The translations under genes were made by a program, and so were the position numbers. A DNA stretch of 60,000 nucleotides. Source: Amphiscolops sp. MND2022 (Eukaryota). Numbering within the stretch: position 1 is the first letter of the stretch; every line of letters begins with the position of its first letter. Shown here piece after piece: positions 13,660 to 28,185 of the stretch. The notes beneath the pieces are model-generated. The model did no database searches. It was not told the origin of the DNA and worked only from the letters and a program-made list of their open reading frames with translations. The stretch spans positions 26,104,001 through 26,164,000 of the forward strand of contig OZ076409.1 in NCBI GenBank assembly GCA_964187785.1, in the 5' to 3' direction.

Positions 13660-14399
13660 AAATGTACTAAGTATTAAATTAACAGCTCTGACACTTTCTG
13701 ATTCAGATATTTAATACCGCTAAATAATAACTTGATAGCAACGAACATTTAAACTCCGGGTCACACTCCAGGCGAATATTGTCGAGTTAAGTTACCTGGC
13801 TGTTGACTCAGATAAAAAGCTCGGTTCTTTGCATGGGAGGTAGACTCAGATATAAAATTGGCAGACCCATAATAACTGCGTCCAATCATCATAGAAATCA
13901 TTCCTTCCATTCCCTTTTTACTATTTCTTTTCATGTTAGTCTTCTTTTAAATTATGGTTTGATATTTACACTTCATCAAGCACCTGCTGAATGTATTGCA
14001 CATTGAACTTTCTGGTCGAGCGACTGAGCGTACGTTCCAGCTTCGGTTGACTTGTAAGCAGCCTGGGAAGTTGACTCAGATTAAATAGCATATTTACGCT
14101 CGACGCTGATTGGTTGATTGATGGAAACAAGTAAAATTAGTTACTGCCGCTGAAGCAACTGTCCAGTCGAAGCGCTGATTGAATTAATTTCAGTCAACGC
14201 GCTGGCTGTTTGTCTACTAAAATTAACTGCTATTAAAGTACTATTTGAGTATTCTCATGTGTATGTATTTCAGGTACTAAGCTGCATTATTGCTATTATT
14301 TAAACATTTACATGGTTTTTAAGTATGATGTTTGTTGTTTGTCAGGGTTTAATTTTGTTCTGTTTATGACCTCGCGGCGTTGCGAGGGCTGAGACAGTA

Positions 14400-16050
14400 C
14401 CTTTTCCACCTCATCAACATCAACTGCACTGCATAGTGTTCACTCAACAACTACTTTTCTAAACCCCGATGTCCTGTTAGCTGATAGAAAAGACTCGTCT
14501 GATTGCCTTTTGGCCCCTACAACACTACCCAAAAACAAAAAAAAACCAGGTTGCGATATACTGACATAACCTTCTCCACAAGTTGCATTGAAAGAGCAAA
14601 CAACCAAAGTTCAGTTTATGTTTTAACTTCATTTTGGACGAAGATGAATTCAAAAGAAAGTTCAAGATTGTTTCGTCACTTGTTTCTTTAATTGTTATGA
14701 TCAAGACACCTCGGCGTCAACAATCATCTTATAACAGTGATCAAACTCAGCAAGATACCCTCTAGACCATACGTTAATTTTGTAGGATATATCAGGACTA
14801 AGACTTGCTTCGTACTGCTGATGAGTTTGATTCTGTGTATCTCAGGAATGCCACGCCACTCAAACCAAGTCGCTCATCAGCACAATTGTCGAAAAGCTCT
14901 TATGCTTTCGTTCAATCGACTACAAGCAAAATAGTGGCGACATCATACTTATAGGAAAGTGTTCACTTTGCGATTCATTGTTTTGCTTAAATAACTAGTC
15001 CTCCACTAGCCCATAGTTCCAGACTTCTCTGTACTAGACCGTCACTGACACTGCAAGAACCATATCTGTTTGCAAACAAGCTCCTTTGTAACACCCTACA
15101 TAATGATATTGTCCGCTTTTTGGATTCCATGCACCCAGTTCATGCAATTCAAGTTTTCGTTCTCGCGAAGTGAACTAATTGATGACGAGAGTCCACAAAA
15201 AGTGATTTTAAAGTTTACGGTCCAAAAATCTTCAATTGTTTTGCGCCAAAGCACAAAGCACAAGAGAGATATTTCACGAATAGTTCAAATTTTTAACGAA
15301 CGCAGAAATCCGGTTTTTTTAAAAAAAAAGAGATGCTTGATACGACTTCTATCTTTCTCATAGAAAACTTGGTCCTCTTTCTTCATGATTTCTAGAAAAG
15401 AATTCATGTTTGATCTATATAAGATTGCTTCCCTCTAGGTTGCTATAGTGTCTGTTACGTCCTTGATCAACCTTTGAAAGCTGACCTTCCCTAATGTTTG
15501 TGTCAGAACGTCTCTACGCATGTCTTCATTTGGACAGAACCTAACTTCTAAGGCTTTCTGGTCTTTCTTCCTTGCAAGAAACGACGCTTAATAGCAGATT
15601 ATGCGAGCTTTTGGGAATTGGTTTTTGTAGTCATTGCTTTAACACCCTGATTGTCGACGAAAACAGTACTCGGGAATGTTTTGGCCTTACTAAGCTCAGC
15701 TCCCGACTCTCAGGAATTTTAGGTCTTGTATTGTCGCAAAAAAGAAGCTTCAGTTTCAGCAGTAAAAGTTGCTCCTGCTGATTGTAGCTTTTAAATCCAT
15801 TTTTTAAGCTTGCGATATCTCAATGAAGACGAATCAGTAGTCACGAGTTGATTTGCTTGAAACCATTTTATCCGTCGAAACAGCATTGCTGTAGCCTACA
15901 TTTTCCAACTTTCTTGTTTTCTTGTAAGTAAACATTCTACTCTCTGTAGCCTTTAGGTGTCTCAACACGTGGCTAGGTTAATTCCTTTGCTGCCTTCGTT
16001 GGTTTTCGACAAACCTATTTTCATGTTTTACGACAAAAAAAACAAGTCAC
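14400..16050 (-). mobile_element. Highly decayed LINE-like relic
   Basis: Scattered minus-strand motifs resembling RT (GFRK, GSVVG) and an APE N-terminus. Boundaries approximate. Confidence 0.3.
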
Positions 16051-16099
16051 GTCTGAGTGATCGCTGAGTAATGCAGACTACCATTTAGACCCCTACGGC

Positions 16100-18100
16100 G
16101 TTTTGGAAGGCAGGCGCCACTGCTGAAGGGGATTTGAAGCTGGCGAAAAAACGGTTTTAGCTGCACCCACGACAAAATTTTCCAAACTGTTTTCTAGTTG
16201 ATTGTCTTGTGAAATATCATTTTTGTCTCGATTCAATCTCTTGCAGTTTGTTCTCCTAGAAACTGACTTCGCTCACCAAAAATTTCACTGAGCAGAAGAA
16301 AGATATTACCTCTAAAATTCCAACATCCGTTGCAGTGTGCCAAGTCATCAAACCAGCATGCACCGTAATCAGTCACCCCTTGTGAAGTTCCAAAAGCAGG
16401 TTTAGAACACCTCTGCTGTCCTTAATCTCCATGCTCATCAAAAATTCTCTTGGTGTGAAGTAGTTTTCCCGATTTTTTTCGGCCGTATAAAGAGTTTCGA
16501 ATTTGTAAATTAAAGCTTTTGGAAACTTTTTGGACCCTTAGATTTGAATCTTTGAAAACTTTGCGGTAATTGACTGGAGATTTCTTTATTTACCTGTGGT
16601 TGAAATTGATCTGTTCATTCAACATATTTTTCAATATCGCCGCCAGGATGCTCCACGTCATTTACACATTCTAATTTTCCTCCAGAGTGTACGTAGCGGT
16701 AAACTCGTGACGAATACATTTCCTCAAACAAACTTCCACAGTTTTAACAAACGTTAATTCTTTTAGTTTTAGTAACCTTGTTGCTGGTGTTCTTGCAGTG
16801 ATTTGTTTTCTAGAATATTTTCAAGTGTTATGGCCAACACGTTTACTCCTCAACTCCTATGATCATCATTAGCGTTGCTTACTTCAGGCGAAGTAGCACG
16901 CAAAAAGAACAGTTTGTTCCGACTTTCTGGAAAAAAAACAATTGTATTGAGTCTCAACACTCGGTTGCCAAAGAAATATAACTTTTCCTTTCGAGAATTT
17001 TTTTCTGAAATGTTTTGGGTCATTGAATAATTCTACATCTTTTGTGATGTCACTCATGTAGCCACACCTAGGTAACAATTCGAAAAGAAGCGTGTTTACT
17101 TTCTTCAGACGCGTAGAACGAAAACCTGTTTTTCAGTGCGGACGTCAAGATGCCTTCGTGGAACCCCTTTTGTGAGTTTCATTAGCTATCAAACAGTTTT
17201 TGTTGAGTTTTTGGACATGTGCTTTTTTTCTGGCATTTCTTTCTTCAGTCAGTTCAAATGATCATGACAGTTTTCAACCTAGATTCCGCTTTCTTACGAT
17301 CGAACTTACCGCACCTAAAACACTTCACATCTTTATGAGTGCTATCAGTGTCTCCTTTTCAAAGCGTTTTTTTTACCTAACTCCTTTTCATCTAAATATT
17401 AAACCAATTCGCATCACGTTTCGTTCGCTCCGTTGTTTCTCTTTCAAAATGCACGTTCAGCTGCAAAATTTTCGGATTCTGTTGCCAGCAATATTCCGAT
17501 GTTAGATGTGCAACAGAAAATTGTTTGCCTTTGGCAAGGTAAAGATGAGCTTCTCTCGAAAAAAAATTTTCTCATCCTTACATGAGTGCATCAGATTTTC
17601 GTTTTTAGAAAGTCCGTGTCAACCTTGCCATCTTAGTTTGTTTTCTAGCCCTAACGAAAGACCTTTCCAAATGTTTTCTAGATACTCGTTTTGTCAAATG
17701 ATAACCAATCAGTCCTTCTCGCTAAACCTTGTGAAAACTTTTCTCGGTGGATTGTGTACCAGAGGAAATGCCTCTCAGAGCACGCCTCAACTTCGCAGAA
17801 AATACATTATCAAAGTAGTCACGTTGAACTCTCACTGCCACTCACCTGTCGGTCCACTCCTAGTGTTTTACAAAGCCACTCAACGTCTGGTAATTTTCGT
17901 TGTTTGTCAAAAGTGTCAAATCGGCTAAGCTGTTTGTCTCAGAAAGATTGACGCATCGTCCAAGTCCTTTGGCCCAGAAGTCTTGGATATTTTTGTTTCC
18001 AGAAACGTGACAATTTCCAGTTCGGGTAACCTCGTGCGACCGTTTTGTTCTAGAGAAGTTATCGGACTATGGCCGAGGGTCAGATGGAGATCAAACTACT
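16100..18100 (-). mobile_element. Decayed LINE ORF1/endonuclease relic (its right part lies within the triplicated unit)
   Basis: Degenerate APE-like motifs (VYR, PATR) and an ORF1-like segment. Boundaries approximate. Confidence 0.35.
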
Positions 18101-18179
18101 CAGTAGTGATTACCTTGGTAGTTGTGGCGAAGAGGTTCAGTTTGTAATTACCGTCTTAGCTGTATCATTTTTGGTTCAG

Positions 18180-19915
18180 AGATGAATGTTCTTCTACTCC
18201 GGTCTGAAAACCACGCCGAGCAAACACAGTTGCCTTTCATGTTCAGTATACTCCCTCTTACGCGCTCTGGGAGAAGTTTCCGGACGACCTGCGGCCTTCC
18301 AATATTCTTCACTGCCGACTGGTGTTGAGAAAGGAAGTACAAGAAACATCAGAGAGGCACGAAAAGAAGCTGCAATCATCAAGTACATTTATTCCACAAT
18401 GACTACCAAAGACCTCTGGAATTTGTAGTTATCAAGACGTATATTACAGACTGATTTGCAACTTACGTTGAAATGGATGTAATCCCGAACCATTCTTTCT
18501 CTACATTTTTTAAAGGATAGCCTGTTTCTCCAAGATGGAAAAGCCAAAAAACTCTATCTAATATTTTTGACCGATTGTCTGGATTTTGTAGTCTTAGGAG
18601 AGGACATCAACACATCTATTGAACCTTGACCATGCAAACTGTAGAAAAACTATCGAAACCCTTAGATGCCGTGACACCTTTGTTCACAGAGGAAATTTAA
18701 GAAGCCCTAATTCGCTTGAATTGTACGTTCCACAGATACGAGCGTAGAAAAACCCATCAGAACAAACAACTCTACACAAGAGCCACTAATGATGTGAAAC
18801 AACGGCGTCGAAATTGCAAACGCAAGTACTATGATTCACGTCTGAGTAAACTTGTCAATATTTCTAAACGTTTCATCAAAGAACTTAACAAAGTCACTGG
18901 TAAAGCAAAAAATTAGTCCAACTTTGTTATCAAGAACAACAAAATGATTTTAGTACGGTTGACATTGATGTTACTGAATCGTGCATTGCAAAGTTTGTTT
19001 CCATCAGTAAGACATTAGCTGCTTCAATTGAAAATGTTCCATTCATGACTGGGAGAAAAAAGTTGAAGATAAATCACTTTTTTATCCAGCTGGTTGCACA
19101 GAAGCTTCGAGGATTAATAACATCTGAAGAACCATGCACCACATGGCCTTCACGAGTTTATTGCAGAAATACAGAAAGTGAGTCTCATTGTAATAGTTCA
19201 AAAGATAAATTATCTTGTGAATGAATAGCTAAAAGTGGAACACTTCCTCAGATATGAAAGCTGCAAGAGTGGTACCCATATACAATTACCCCAAGAAATA
19301 TTTACGTGAAAAAAACAGACCCATATCTGTTTTGTCAGTATTAAGCAAAATTTTGAACGTGTTGTACATGAGCGATACCATCATTCTGTGGAAAAAAAAA
19401 GAAACTATTCCACTCCAGACAATTTAGATTTAGAACAAAACTCTGCCCCGTCCACGCTCTCTTCGATATTACAGAAATAATCCGGTAAATTTCTAACCTC
19501 AAAAACTCTCGTGCTTGCTTCACTTAAAAAACCATTTAAAACAATCAACCACGAGTAAATTCTGTACAAACTTGAAGCATATGGTGTCAGATATCTCTTC
19601 TTGCATTGTTTCACATCAAATAAAACTGAACGGGGTCATTGTGTTTCAAATATTGGTGAAGTCTCATAGCCATTTCTTATTGACTATTGTTTTCCTCAAG
19701 GATCTATGCTGGGACCACTGATTTTAATTATTCATGTTAACGATTTCTCAAATCCATGTAAATATTTTATCCCTATCTCTTCGCTGATGACGCTAATAGT
19801 ATTGACGTGGGAAATAAAAATAAGACATCTTCACAGCAAGATGACGTCGAACACAATCCTGAATGGATGGCCATGAAAAAAACAATCCTACCACTGAATT
19901 GGTCCGTTTTTTAAA
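18180..19915 (+). mobile_element. Decayed CR1/L2-like LINE ORF2 (EN-RT), unit 1
   Basis: VVLGEDIN, ARVVPIY, NRPISVLSVLSKI, PQGSMLGPL, FADDA motifs with frameshifts. Confidence 0.8.
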
Positions 19916-21061
19916 GAAAAAAACAATCCTACCACTGAATTGGTCCGTGTTTTAAAGAAATTCGAAAAGAAGCGTGTTTACTTTCTTCAGACGCGTAGAA
20001 CGAAAACCTGTTTTTCAGTGCGGACGTCAAGATGCCTTCCTGGAACCCCTTTTGTGAGTTTCATTAGCTATCAAACAGTTTTTGTTGAGTTTTTGGACAT
20101 GTGCTTTTTTTCTGGCATTTCTTTCTTCAGTCAGTTCAAATGATCATGACAGTTTTCAACCTAGATTCCGCTTTCTTACGATCGAACTTACCGCACCTAA
20201 AACACTTCACATCTTTATGAGTGCTATCAGTGTCTCCTTTTCAAAGCGTTTTTTTACCTAACTCCTTTTCATCTAAATATTAAACCAATTCGCATCACGT
20301 TTCGTTCGCTCCGTTGTTTCTCTTTCAAAATGCACGTTCAGCTGCAAAATTTTCGGATTCTGTTGCCAGCAATATTCCGATGTTAGATGTGCAACAGAAA
20401 ATTGTTTGCCTTTGGCAAGGTAAAGATGAGCTTCTCTCGAAAAAAAATTTTCTCATCCTTACATGAGTGCATCAGATTTTCGTTTTTAGAAAGTCCGTGT
20501 CAACCTTGCCATCTTAGTTTGTTTTCTAGACTTAACGAAAGACCTTTCCAAATGTTTTCTAGATACTCTTTTTGTCAAATGATAACCAATCAGTCCTTCT
20601 CGCTAAACCTTGTGAAAACTTTTCTCGGTGGATTGTGTACCAGAGGAAATGCCTCTCAGAGCACGCCTCAACTTCGCAGAAAATACATTATCAAAGTAGT
20701 CACGTTGAACTCTCACTGCCACTCACCTGTCGGTCCACTCCTAGTGTTTTACAAAGCCACTCAACGTCTGGTAATTTTCGTTGTTTGTCAAAAGTGTCAA
20801 ATCGGCTAAGCTGTTTGTCTCAGAAAGATTGACGCATCGTCCAAGTCCTTTGGCCCAGAAGTCTTGGATATTTTTGTTTCCAGAAACGTGACAATTTCCA
20901 GTTCGGGTAACCTCGTGCGACCGTTTTGTTCTAGAGAAGTTATCGGACTATGGCCGAGGGTCAGATGGAGATCAAAACTACTCAGTAGTGATTACCTTGG
21001 TAGTTGTGGCGAAGAGGTTCAGTTTGTAATTACCGTCTTAGTTGTATCATTTTTGGTTCAG

Positions 21062-22797
21062 AGATGAATGCTCTTCTACTCCGGTCTGAAAACCACGCCG
21101 AGCAAACACAGTTGCCTTTCATGTTCAGTGTACTCCCTCTTACGCATTCTGGGAGAAGCTTCCGGACGACCTGCGGCCTTCCAATTTTCTTCACTGCCGA
21201 CTGGTGTTGAGAAAGGAAGTAAAAGAAACATCAGAGAGGCACGAAAAGAAGCTGCAATCATCAAGTACATTTATTCCACAATGACTACCGAAGACCTCTG
21301 GAATTTGTAGTTATCAAGACGTATATTACAGACTGATTTGCAACTTACGTTGAAATGGATGTAATCCCGAACCATTCTTTCTCTACATTTTTTAAAGGAT
21401 AGCCTGTTTCTCCAAGATGGAAAAGCCAAAAAATTCTATCTAATATATTTGACCTATTGTCTGGATTTTGTAGTCTTAGGAGAGGACATCAACACATCTA
21501 TTGAACCTTGACCATGCAAACTGTAGAAAAACTATCGAAACCCTTAGATGCCGTGACACCTTTGTTCACAGAGGAAACTTAAGAAGCCCTAATTCGCTTG
21601 AATTGTACGTTCCACAGATACGAGCGTAGAAAAACCCATCAGAAGAAACAACTCTACACAAGAGCCACTAATGATGTGAAACAACGGCGTCGAAATTGCA
21701 AACGCAAGTACTATGATTCACGTCTGAGTAAACTTGTCAATATTTCTAAACGTTTCATCAAAGAACTTAACAAAGTCACTGGTAAAGCAAAAAATTAGTC
21801 CAACTTTGTTATCAAGAACAACAAAATGATTTTAGTACGGTTGACATTGATGTTACTGAATCGTGCATTGCAAAGTTTGTTTCCATCAGTAAGACCTTAG
21901 CTGCTTCAATTGAAAATGTTCCATTCATGACTGGGAGAAAAAAGTTGAAGATAAATCACTTTTTTATCCAGCTGGTTGCACAGAAGCTTCGAGGATTAAT
22001 AACATCTGAAGAACCATGCACCACATGGCCTTCACGAGTTTATTGCAGAAATACAGAAAGTGAGTCTCATTGTAATAGTTCAAAAGATAAATTATCTTGT
22101 GAATGAATAGCTAAAAGTGGAACACTTCCTCAGATATGAAAGCTGCAAGAGTGGTACCCATATACAATTACCCCAAGAAATATTTACGTGAAAAAAACAG
22201 ACCCATATCTGTTTTGTCAGTATTAAGCAAAAATTTGAACGTGTTGTACATGAGCGATACCATCATTCCGTGGGAAAAAAAAGAAACTATTCCACTCCAG
22301 ACAATTTAGATTTAGAACGAAACTCTGCCCCGTCCACGCTCTCTTCGATATTACAGAAATATTCCGGTAAATTTCTAACCTCAAAACTTCTCGTGCTTGC
22401 TTCACTGAAAAAACCATTCAAAACAATCAACCACGAGTAAATTCTGTACAAACTTGAAGCATATGGTGTCAGATATCTCTTCTTGCATTGTTTCACATCA
22501 AATAAAACTGAACGGAGTCATTGTGTTTCAAATATTGGTGAAGTCTCATAGCCATTTCTTATTGACTATTGTTTTCCTCAAGGATCTATGCTGGGACCAC
22601 TGATTTTAATTATTCATGTTAACGATTTCTCAAATCCATGTAAATATTTTATCCCTATCTCTTCGCTGATGACGCTAATAGTATTGACGTGGGAAATAAA
22701 AATAAGACATCTTCACAGCAAGATGACGTCGAACACAATCCTGAATGGATGGCCATAAAAAAAACAATCCTACCACTGAATTGGTCCGTTTTTTTAA
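21062..22797 (+). mobile_element. Decayed CR1/L2-like LINE ORF2, unit 2
   Basis: Copy of 18180-19915. Confidence 0.8.
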
Positions 22798-23943
22798 AAA
22801 AAAAACAATCCTACCACTGAATTGGTCCGTTTTTTAAAGAAATTCGAAAAGAAGCGTGTTTACTTTCTTCAGACGCGTAGAACGAAAACCTGTTTTTCAG
22901 TGCGGACGTCAAGATGCCTTCGTGGAACCCCTTTTGTGAGTTTCATTAGCTATCAAACAGTTTTTGTTGAGTTTTTGGACATGTGTTTTTTTTCTGGCAT
23001 TTTTTTCTTCAGTCAGTTCAAATGATCATGACAGTTTTCAACCTAGATTCCGCTTTCTTACGATCGAACTTACCGCACCTAAAACACTTCACATCTTTAT
23101 GAGTGCTATCAGTGTCCGCTTTTCAAAGCGTTTTTTTACCTAACTCCTTTTCATCTAAATATTAAACCAATTCGCATCACGTTTCGTTCGCTCCGTTGTT
23201 TCTCTTTCAAAATGCACGTTCAACTGCAAAATTTTCGGATTCTGTTGCCAGCAATATTCCGATGTTAGATATGCAACAGAAAATTGTTTGCCTTTGGCAA
23301 GGTAAAGATGAGCTTTTCTCGAAAAAAAATTTTCTCATCCTTACATGAGTGCATCAGATTTTCGTTTTTAGAAAGTCCGTGTCAACCTTGCCATCTTAGT
23401 TTGTTTTCTAGACTTAACGAAAGACCTTTCCAAATGTTTTCTAGATACTCTTTTTGTCAAATGATAACCAATCAGTCCTTCTCGCTAAACCTTGTGAAAA
23501 CTTTTCTCGGTGGATTGTGTACCAGAGGAAATGCCTCTCAGAGCACGCCTCAACTTCGCAGAAAATACATTATCAAAGTAGTCACGTTGAACTCTCACTG
23601 CCACTCACCTGTCGGTCCACTCCTAGTGTTTTACAAAGCCACTCAACGTCTGGTAATTTTCGTTGTTTGTCAAAAGTGTCAAATCGGCTAAGCTGTTTGT
23701 CTCAGAAAGATTGACGCATCGTCCAAGTCCTTTGGCCCAGAAGTCTTGGATATTTTTGTTTCCAGAAACGTGACAATTTCCAGTTCGGGTAACCTCGTGC
23801 GACCGTTTAGTTCTAGAGAAGTTATCGGACTATGGCCGAGGGTCAGATGGAGATCAAAACTACTCAGTAGTGATTACCTTGGTAGTTGTGGCGAAGAGGT
23901 TCAGTTTGTAATTACCGTCTTAGCTGTATCATTTTTGGTTCAG

Positions 23944-26230
23944 AGATGAATGCTCTTCTACTCCGGTCTGAAAACCACGCCGAGCAAACACAGTTGCCTT
24001 TCATGTTCAGTGTACTCCCTCTTACGCATTCTGGGAGAAGCTTCCGGACGACCTGCGGCCTTCCAATATTCTTCACTGCCGACTGGTGTTGAGAAAGGAA
24101 GTACAAGAAAAATCAGAGAGGCACGAAAAGAAGCTGCAATCATCAAGTACATTTATTCCACAATGACTACCAAAGACCTCTGGAATTTGTAGTTATCAAG
24201 ACGTATATTACAGACTGATTTGCAACTTACGTTGAAATGGATGTAATCCCGAACCATTCTTTCTCTACATTTTTTAAAGGATAGCCTGTTTCTCCAAGAT
24301 GGAAAAGCCAAAAAACTCTATCTAATATATTTGACCTATTGTCTGGATTTTGTAGTCTTAGGAGAGGACATCAACACATCTATTGAACCTTGACCATGCA
24401 AACTGTAGAAAAACTATCGAAACCCTTAGATGCCGTGACACCTTTGTTCACAGAGGAAATTTAAGAAGCCCTAATTCGCTTGAATTGTACGTTCCACAGA
24501 TACGAGCGTAGAAAAACCCATCAGAACAAACAACTCTACACAAAAGCCACTAATGATGTGAAACAACGGCGTCGAAATTGCAAACGCAAGTACTATGATT
24601 CACGTCTGAGTAAACTTGTCAATATTTCTAAACGTTTCATCAAAGAACTTAACAAAGTCACTGGTAAAGCAAAAAATTAGTCCAACTTTGTTATCAAGAA
24701 CAACAAAATGATTTTAGTACGGTTGACATTGATGTTACTGAATCGTGCATTGCAAAGTTTGTTTCCATCAGTAAGACCTTAGCTGCTTCAATTGAAAATG
24801 TTCCATTCATGACTGGGAGAAAAAAGTTGAAGATAAATCACTTTTTTATCCAGCTGGTTGCACAGAAGCTTCGAGGATTAATAACATCTGAAGAACCATG
24901 CACCACATGGCCTTCACGAGTTTATTGCAGAAATACAGAAAGTGAGTCTCATTGTAATAGTTCAAAAGATAAATTATCTTGTGAATGAATAGCTAAAAGT
25001 GGAACACTTCCTCAGATATGAAAGCTGCAAGAGTGGTACCCATATACAATTACCCCAAGAAATATTTACGTGAAAAAAACAGACCCATATCTGTTTTGTC
25101 GGTATAAGGCAAAATTTTGAACGTGTTGTACATGAGCGATACCATCATTCCGTGGAAAAAAAAAGAAACTATTCCACTCCAGACAATTTAGATTTAGAAC
25201 AAAACTCTGCCCCGTCCACGCTCTCTTCGATATTACAGAAATATTCCGGTAAATTTCTAACCTCAAAAATTCTCGTGCTTGCTTCACTTAAAAAACCATT
25301 TAAAACAATCAACCACGAGTAAATTCTGTACAAACTTGAAGCATATGGTGTCAGATATCTCTTCTTGCATTGTTTCACATCAAATAAAACTGAACGGAGT
25401 CATTGTGTTTCAAATATTGGTGAAGTCTCATAGCCATTTCTTATTGACTATTGTTTTCCTCAAGGATCTATGCTGGGACCACTGATTTTAATTCTTTATG
25501 TTAACGATTTCTCAAATCCATGTAAATATTTTATCCCTATCTCTTCGCTGATGACGCTAATAGTATTGACGTGGGAAATAAAAATAAGACATCTTCACAG
25601 CAAGATGACGTCGAACACAATCCTGAATGGATGGCCATGAAAAAAACAATCCTACCACTGAATTGGTCCGTTTTTTAAACTGGAAAGGTGAAAACTAAGT
25701 TTTTGAAAAGACTGGAGTATTTTGTACTGATTATGTCGAACATCTGTGTATCTTACTTGATAAAAACTTGACTTAAGTGTTCCATGCCTTCAAGTATTAA
25801 GTATATTAGCCAAACATATCCGTTATTAACAGCCTGGTGCACTTCACCAGCAGTTCGGTAACTATAAGATTTTACAACTCATACACAAAACGTATTATAT
25901 CCAATGCGGACACTGAATGATATAGTTCTTGTTCAGAAAAAAATACTCTGATTCTGTTTTTTGAAAATCGAAGAACTAATACATATGAATTGTTCGAAAG
26001 AAACCAAAACATGAATGGTTTCGACATTTACGTATTTGAACTTTTCAAGTTCGTTGTGCAAACATGTAGAGGAAGTCAACTGCTCCAAATCAAGACCCTG
26101 TATATCTTTCCAAATCAAGATCACCCGTTTTTGCTCGAGGTGTTTGCTCTAATATGCTCCGTGTACCTGAAGTACAATAGAAAGAAAGAGAAGCCTAATT
26201 CCATCACCATTGGATTAAAGTGAACGCATG
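23944..26230 (+). mobile_element. Decayed CR1/L2-like LINE ORF2, unit 3, continuing into the RT C-terminus
   Basis: Copy of 18180-19915 that continues past 25679 with thumb/C-terminal remnants (LLDKNLT, DIYVFELFKF). Confidence 0.78.
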
Positions 26231-26279
26231 TGTTTGACATTTGCACGAAGAAAAACGAAGAAAACTTTTGAGAAAAGTG

Positions 26280-28135
26280 TGAGCACGAGTTGTTCAAATT
26301 GTAAAATTTATATGTACTGGCTGTGACGTATTTGGAGAGAGAATGCTTCAACGTTAACAAGGACATCTCAAACGAAATGAGTTTCAGCTGTATGAGCTCG
26401 TTAGCAGCACGTGTGGCTCGGATCGTGGGGCAATGAAAAAGAAGCGAGAACACAATGCGCAACAATAGCTCCATCTCAGAGCTTCCATAGAAGACGATGT
26501 CATCTCTGATCAGGCAGTAACACATTTCGGAGGAAGTGTGATCTCTGATCAGGCAGGAAGCATCTTGGGAGATTGGAGGACTGAAACTTTTGAAGAGCAT
26601 TTAGTTATCCAGCGGAGAATTTTATGCCGGAGCAGTTCGAATTAGTGTAACATAGTTACCGTAGGAGAACAGGCATGGGCACCGTAAAGCAAAAATTGCG
26701 GTATTAGGGAATTGTAAAGTGAGATTTTTTACAACTATTCTCAGAGAAAGGAATATTTCTTTCGAGGAAGTTGAAAATTATGCTGCGTTTAAAAATTTCG
26801 ATTCAAGATTAGGTTTCCGTGATTAAGAATTAGATACAAAAAATCAGAAATCTTAAAGCTGATTGACAAACGCCAAGTATTCCGCCCCAAGCAAAAAATG
26901 TGCATACTGATCGTTGCATCCAAGATTGATACTTTCCATTTTGTTGCATATAATCGGAGACCGTTAAGGTTGCCCCAGTCAAGCAGTGAGTAAATTTCAT
27001 CTTGTACAGGGGAATCAGGGAAGTGTTGAAACTTTTGAGATCTTCAGCAAAAAAAAAGTGAAAACAACTGTTTCACCGCGTTTTCGACAATATAGTTAAC
27101 AATCAGTAGAAGAAGCAAAGGGCCAAGTGCGCTGCCCTAAGGCACTCCTGGAGTAACTGATAAGAGAGAAGATGTAGATTGATTTATTTTCACACATTGA
27201 AAACGGATCGTTAGATAAGAATGAAATAGATGAATAAATGAAGGAAACCATAGTTAAACTCAAAGGTAACCAACTTAGACAAATGTTTGTGGTGAGGCAC
27301 AGAATCGAATGCTTTTCTTATGTCGAAATGAGCAGATACAGCCAAAGAGTTGGCGCAGAAGAATAAACCGTATCCAAATACATAATCAACTTGCTACTGT
27401 GCGATTTCATTAATCCATGTTGCTCAAGCTCTATTTGATACCTTAATTTGGCGTAAATGTTGTTGAACAATATTCTCTCTAGTATTTTTGAAGAAACTTT
27501 AGGCAAGTTGCTGATGTTGGTTAGCACTATCATTATGTGCACCATAATTGTGTAAAGGAGTAACATAAGCTAGTTTCCAGATATCTGGCCAAATATTGGT
27601 TTTTTAAAATCCAATTACAGAGCTCAATTACTGGTGTGCACAATGTGTTCGAGCACTGGAAATCAGGATTGAGGTTATCCCGCCAGCACCCACAGCAGTG
27701 GAATCATCACATCACTCCAATAGAAATCGAACATCAGAGAAAGATAAAGAGAGGTCACTTTGGTTGATGGTAAGCATTTCATATTGTAGAGGATCCGAAA
27801 GGGCAATATTTTCGTTGAAGACAGAAGCAAAAAACTTGTCGAATCCCAAGGCCTCATCAGAGTCGGTGAGGAAGGCTTCACTACCGAGAATTGAAGAGCT
27901 GGAACGAAAACATCTCAGCAGCTTGAATCAGTGTCTGAATGAAAAGAGATCAAACTGAAAAATGAATTTTTTTCATACATCTCTGGAGAAATGGAGAGAG
28001 ATATGTTGAGATTTTTAGTTTTGATAGCAAGAAGAAATGAAGCAACGTTCTCAGATTTCCTCAGGAGACTTTCTTTTTGAATAACAAGATGAATAGTTTG
28101 TGATGATTAGAATGGGGCCAGGTCATTTTGAATAG
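26280..28135 (-). mobile_element. Decayed CR1-like LINE RT relic, copy A
   Basis: ISNLPKVSSKILERILFN, QHGLMK, GVP*GSALGPLL and DIRKAFDSVPH on the minus strand. Confidence 0.85.
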
Positions 28136-28185
28136 GGTCAGAAAATGAAAAGGGTAATCTTCAATTTAAAAACAACAATTGCGAA

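Larger units (their letters stand above)
17077..25679. repeat. Tandem triplication of a ~2882-bp unit (starts at 17077, 19959, 22841)
   Basis: Near-identical units; the same ORFs recur at 17506/20387, 18716/21598/24480 and others. Confidence 0.97.

Noticed and set aside
13719..13745. Another spliced-leader relic on the minus strand
   Set aside because: About 7 mismatches in 25 nt, mostly transversions, in AT-rich DNA and not at an element boundary.
17200..25485. Repeated short ORFs as a tandem gene family
   Set aside because: Spurious or off-frame ORFs in decayed LINE DNA, repeated only because of the triplication.
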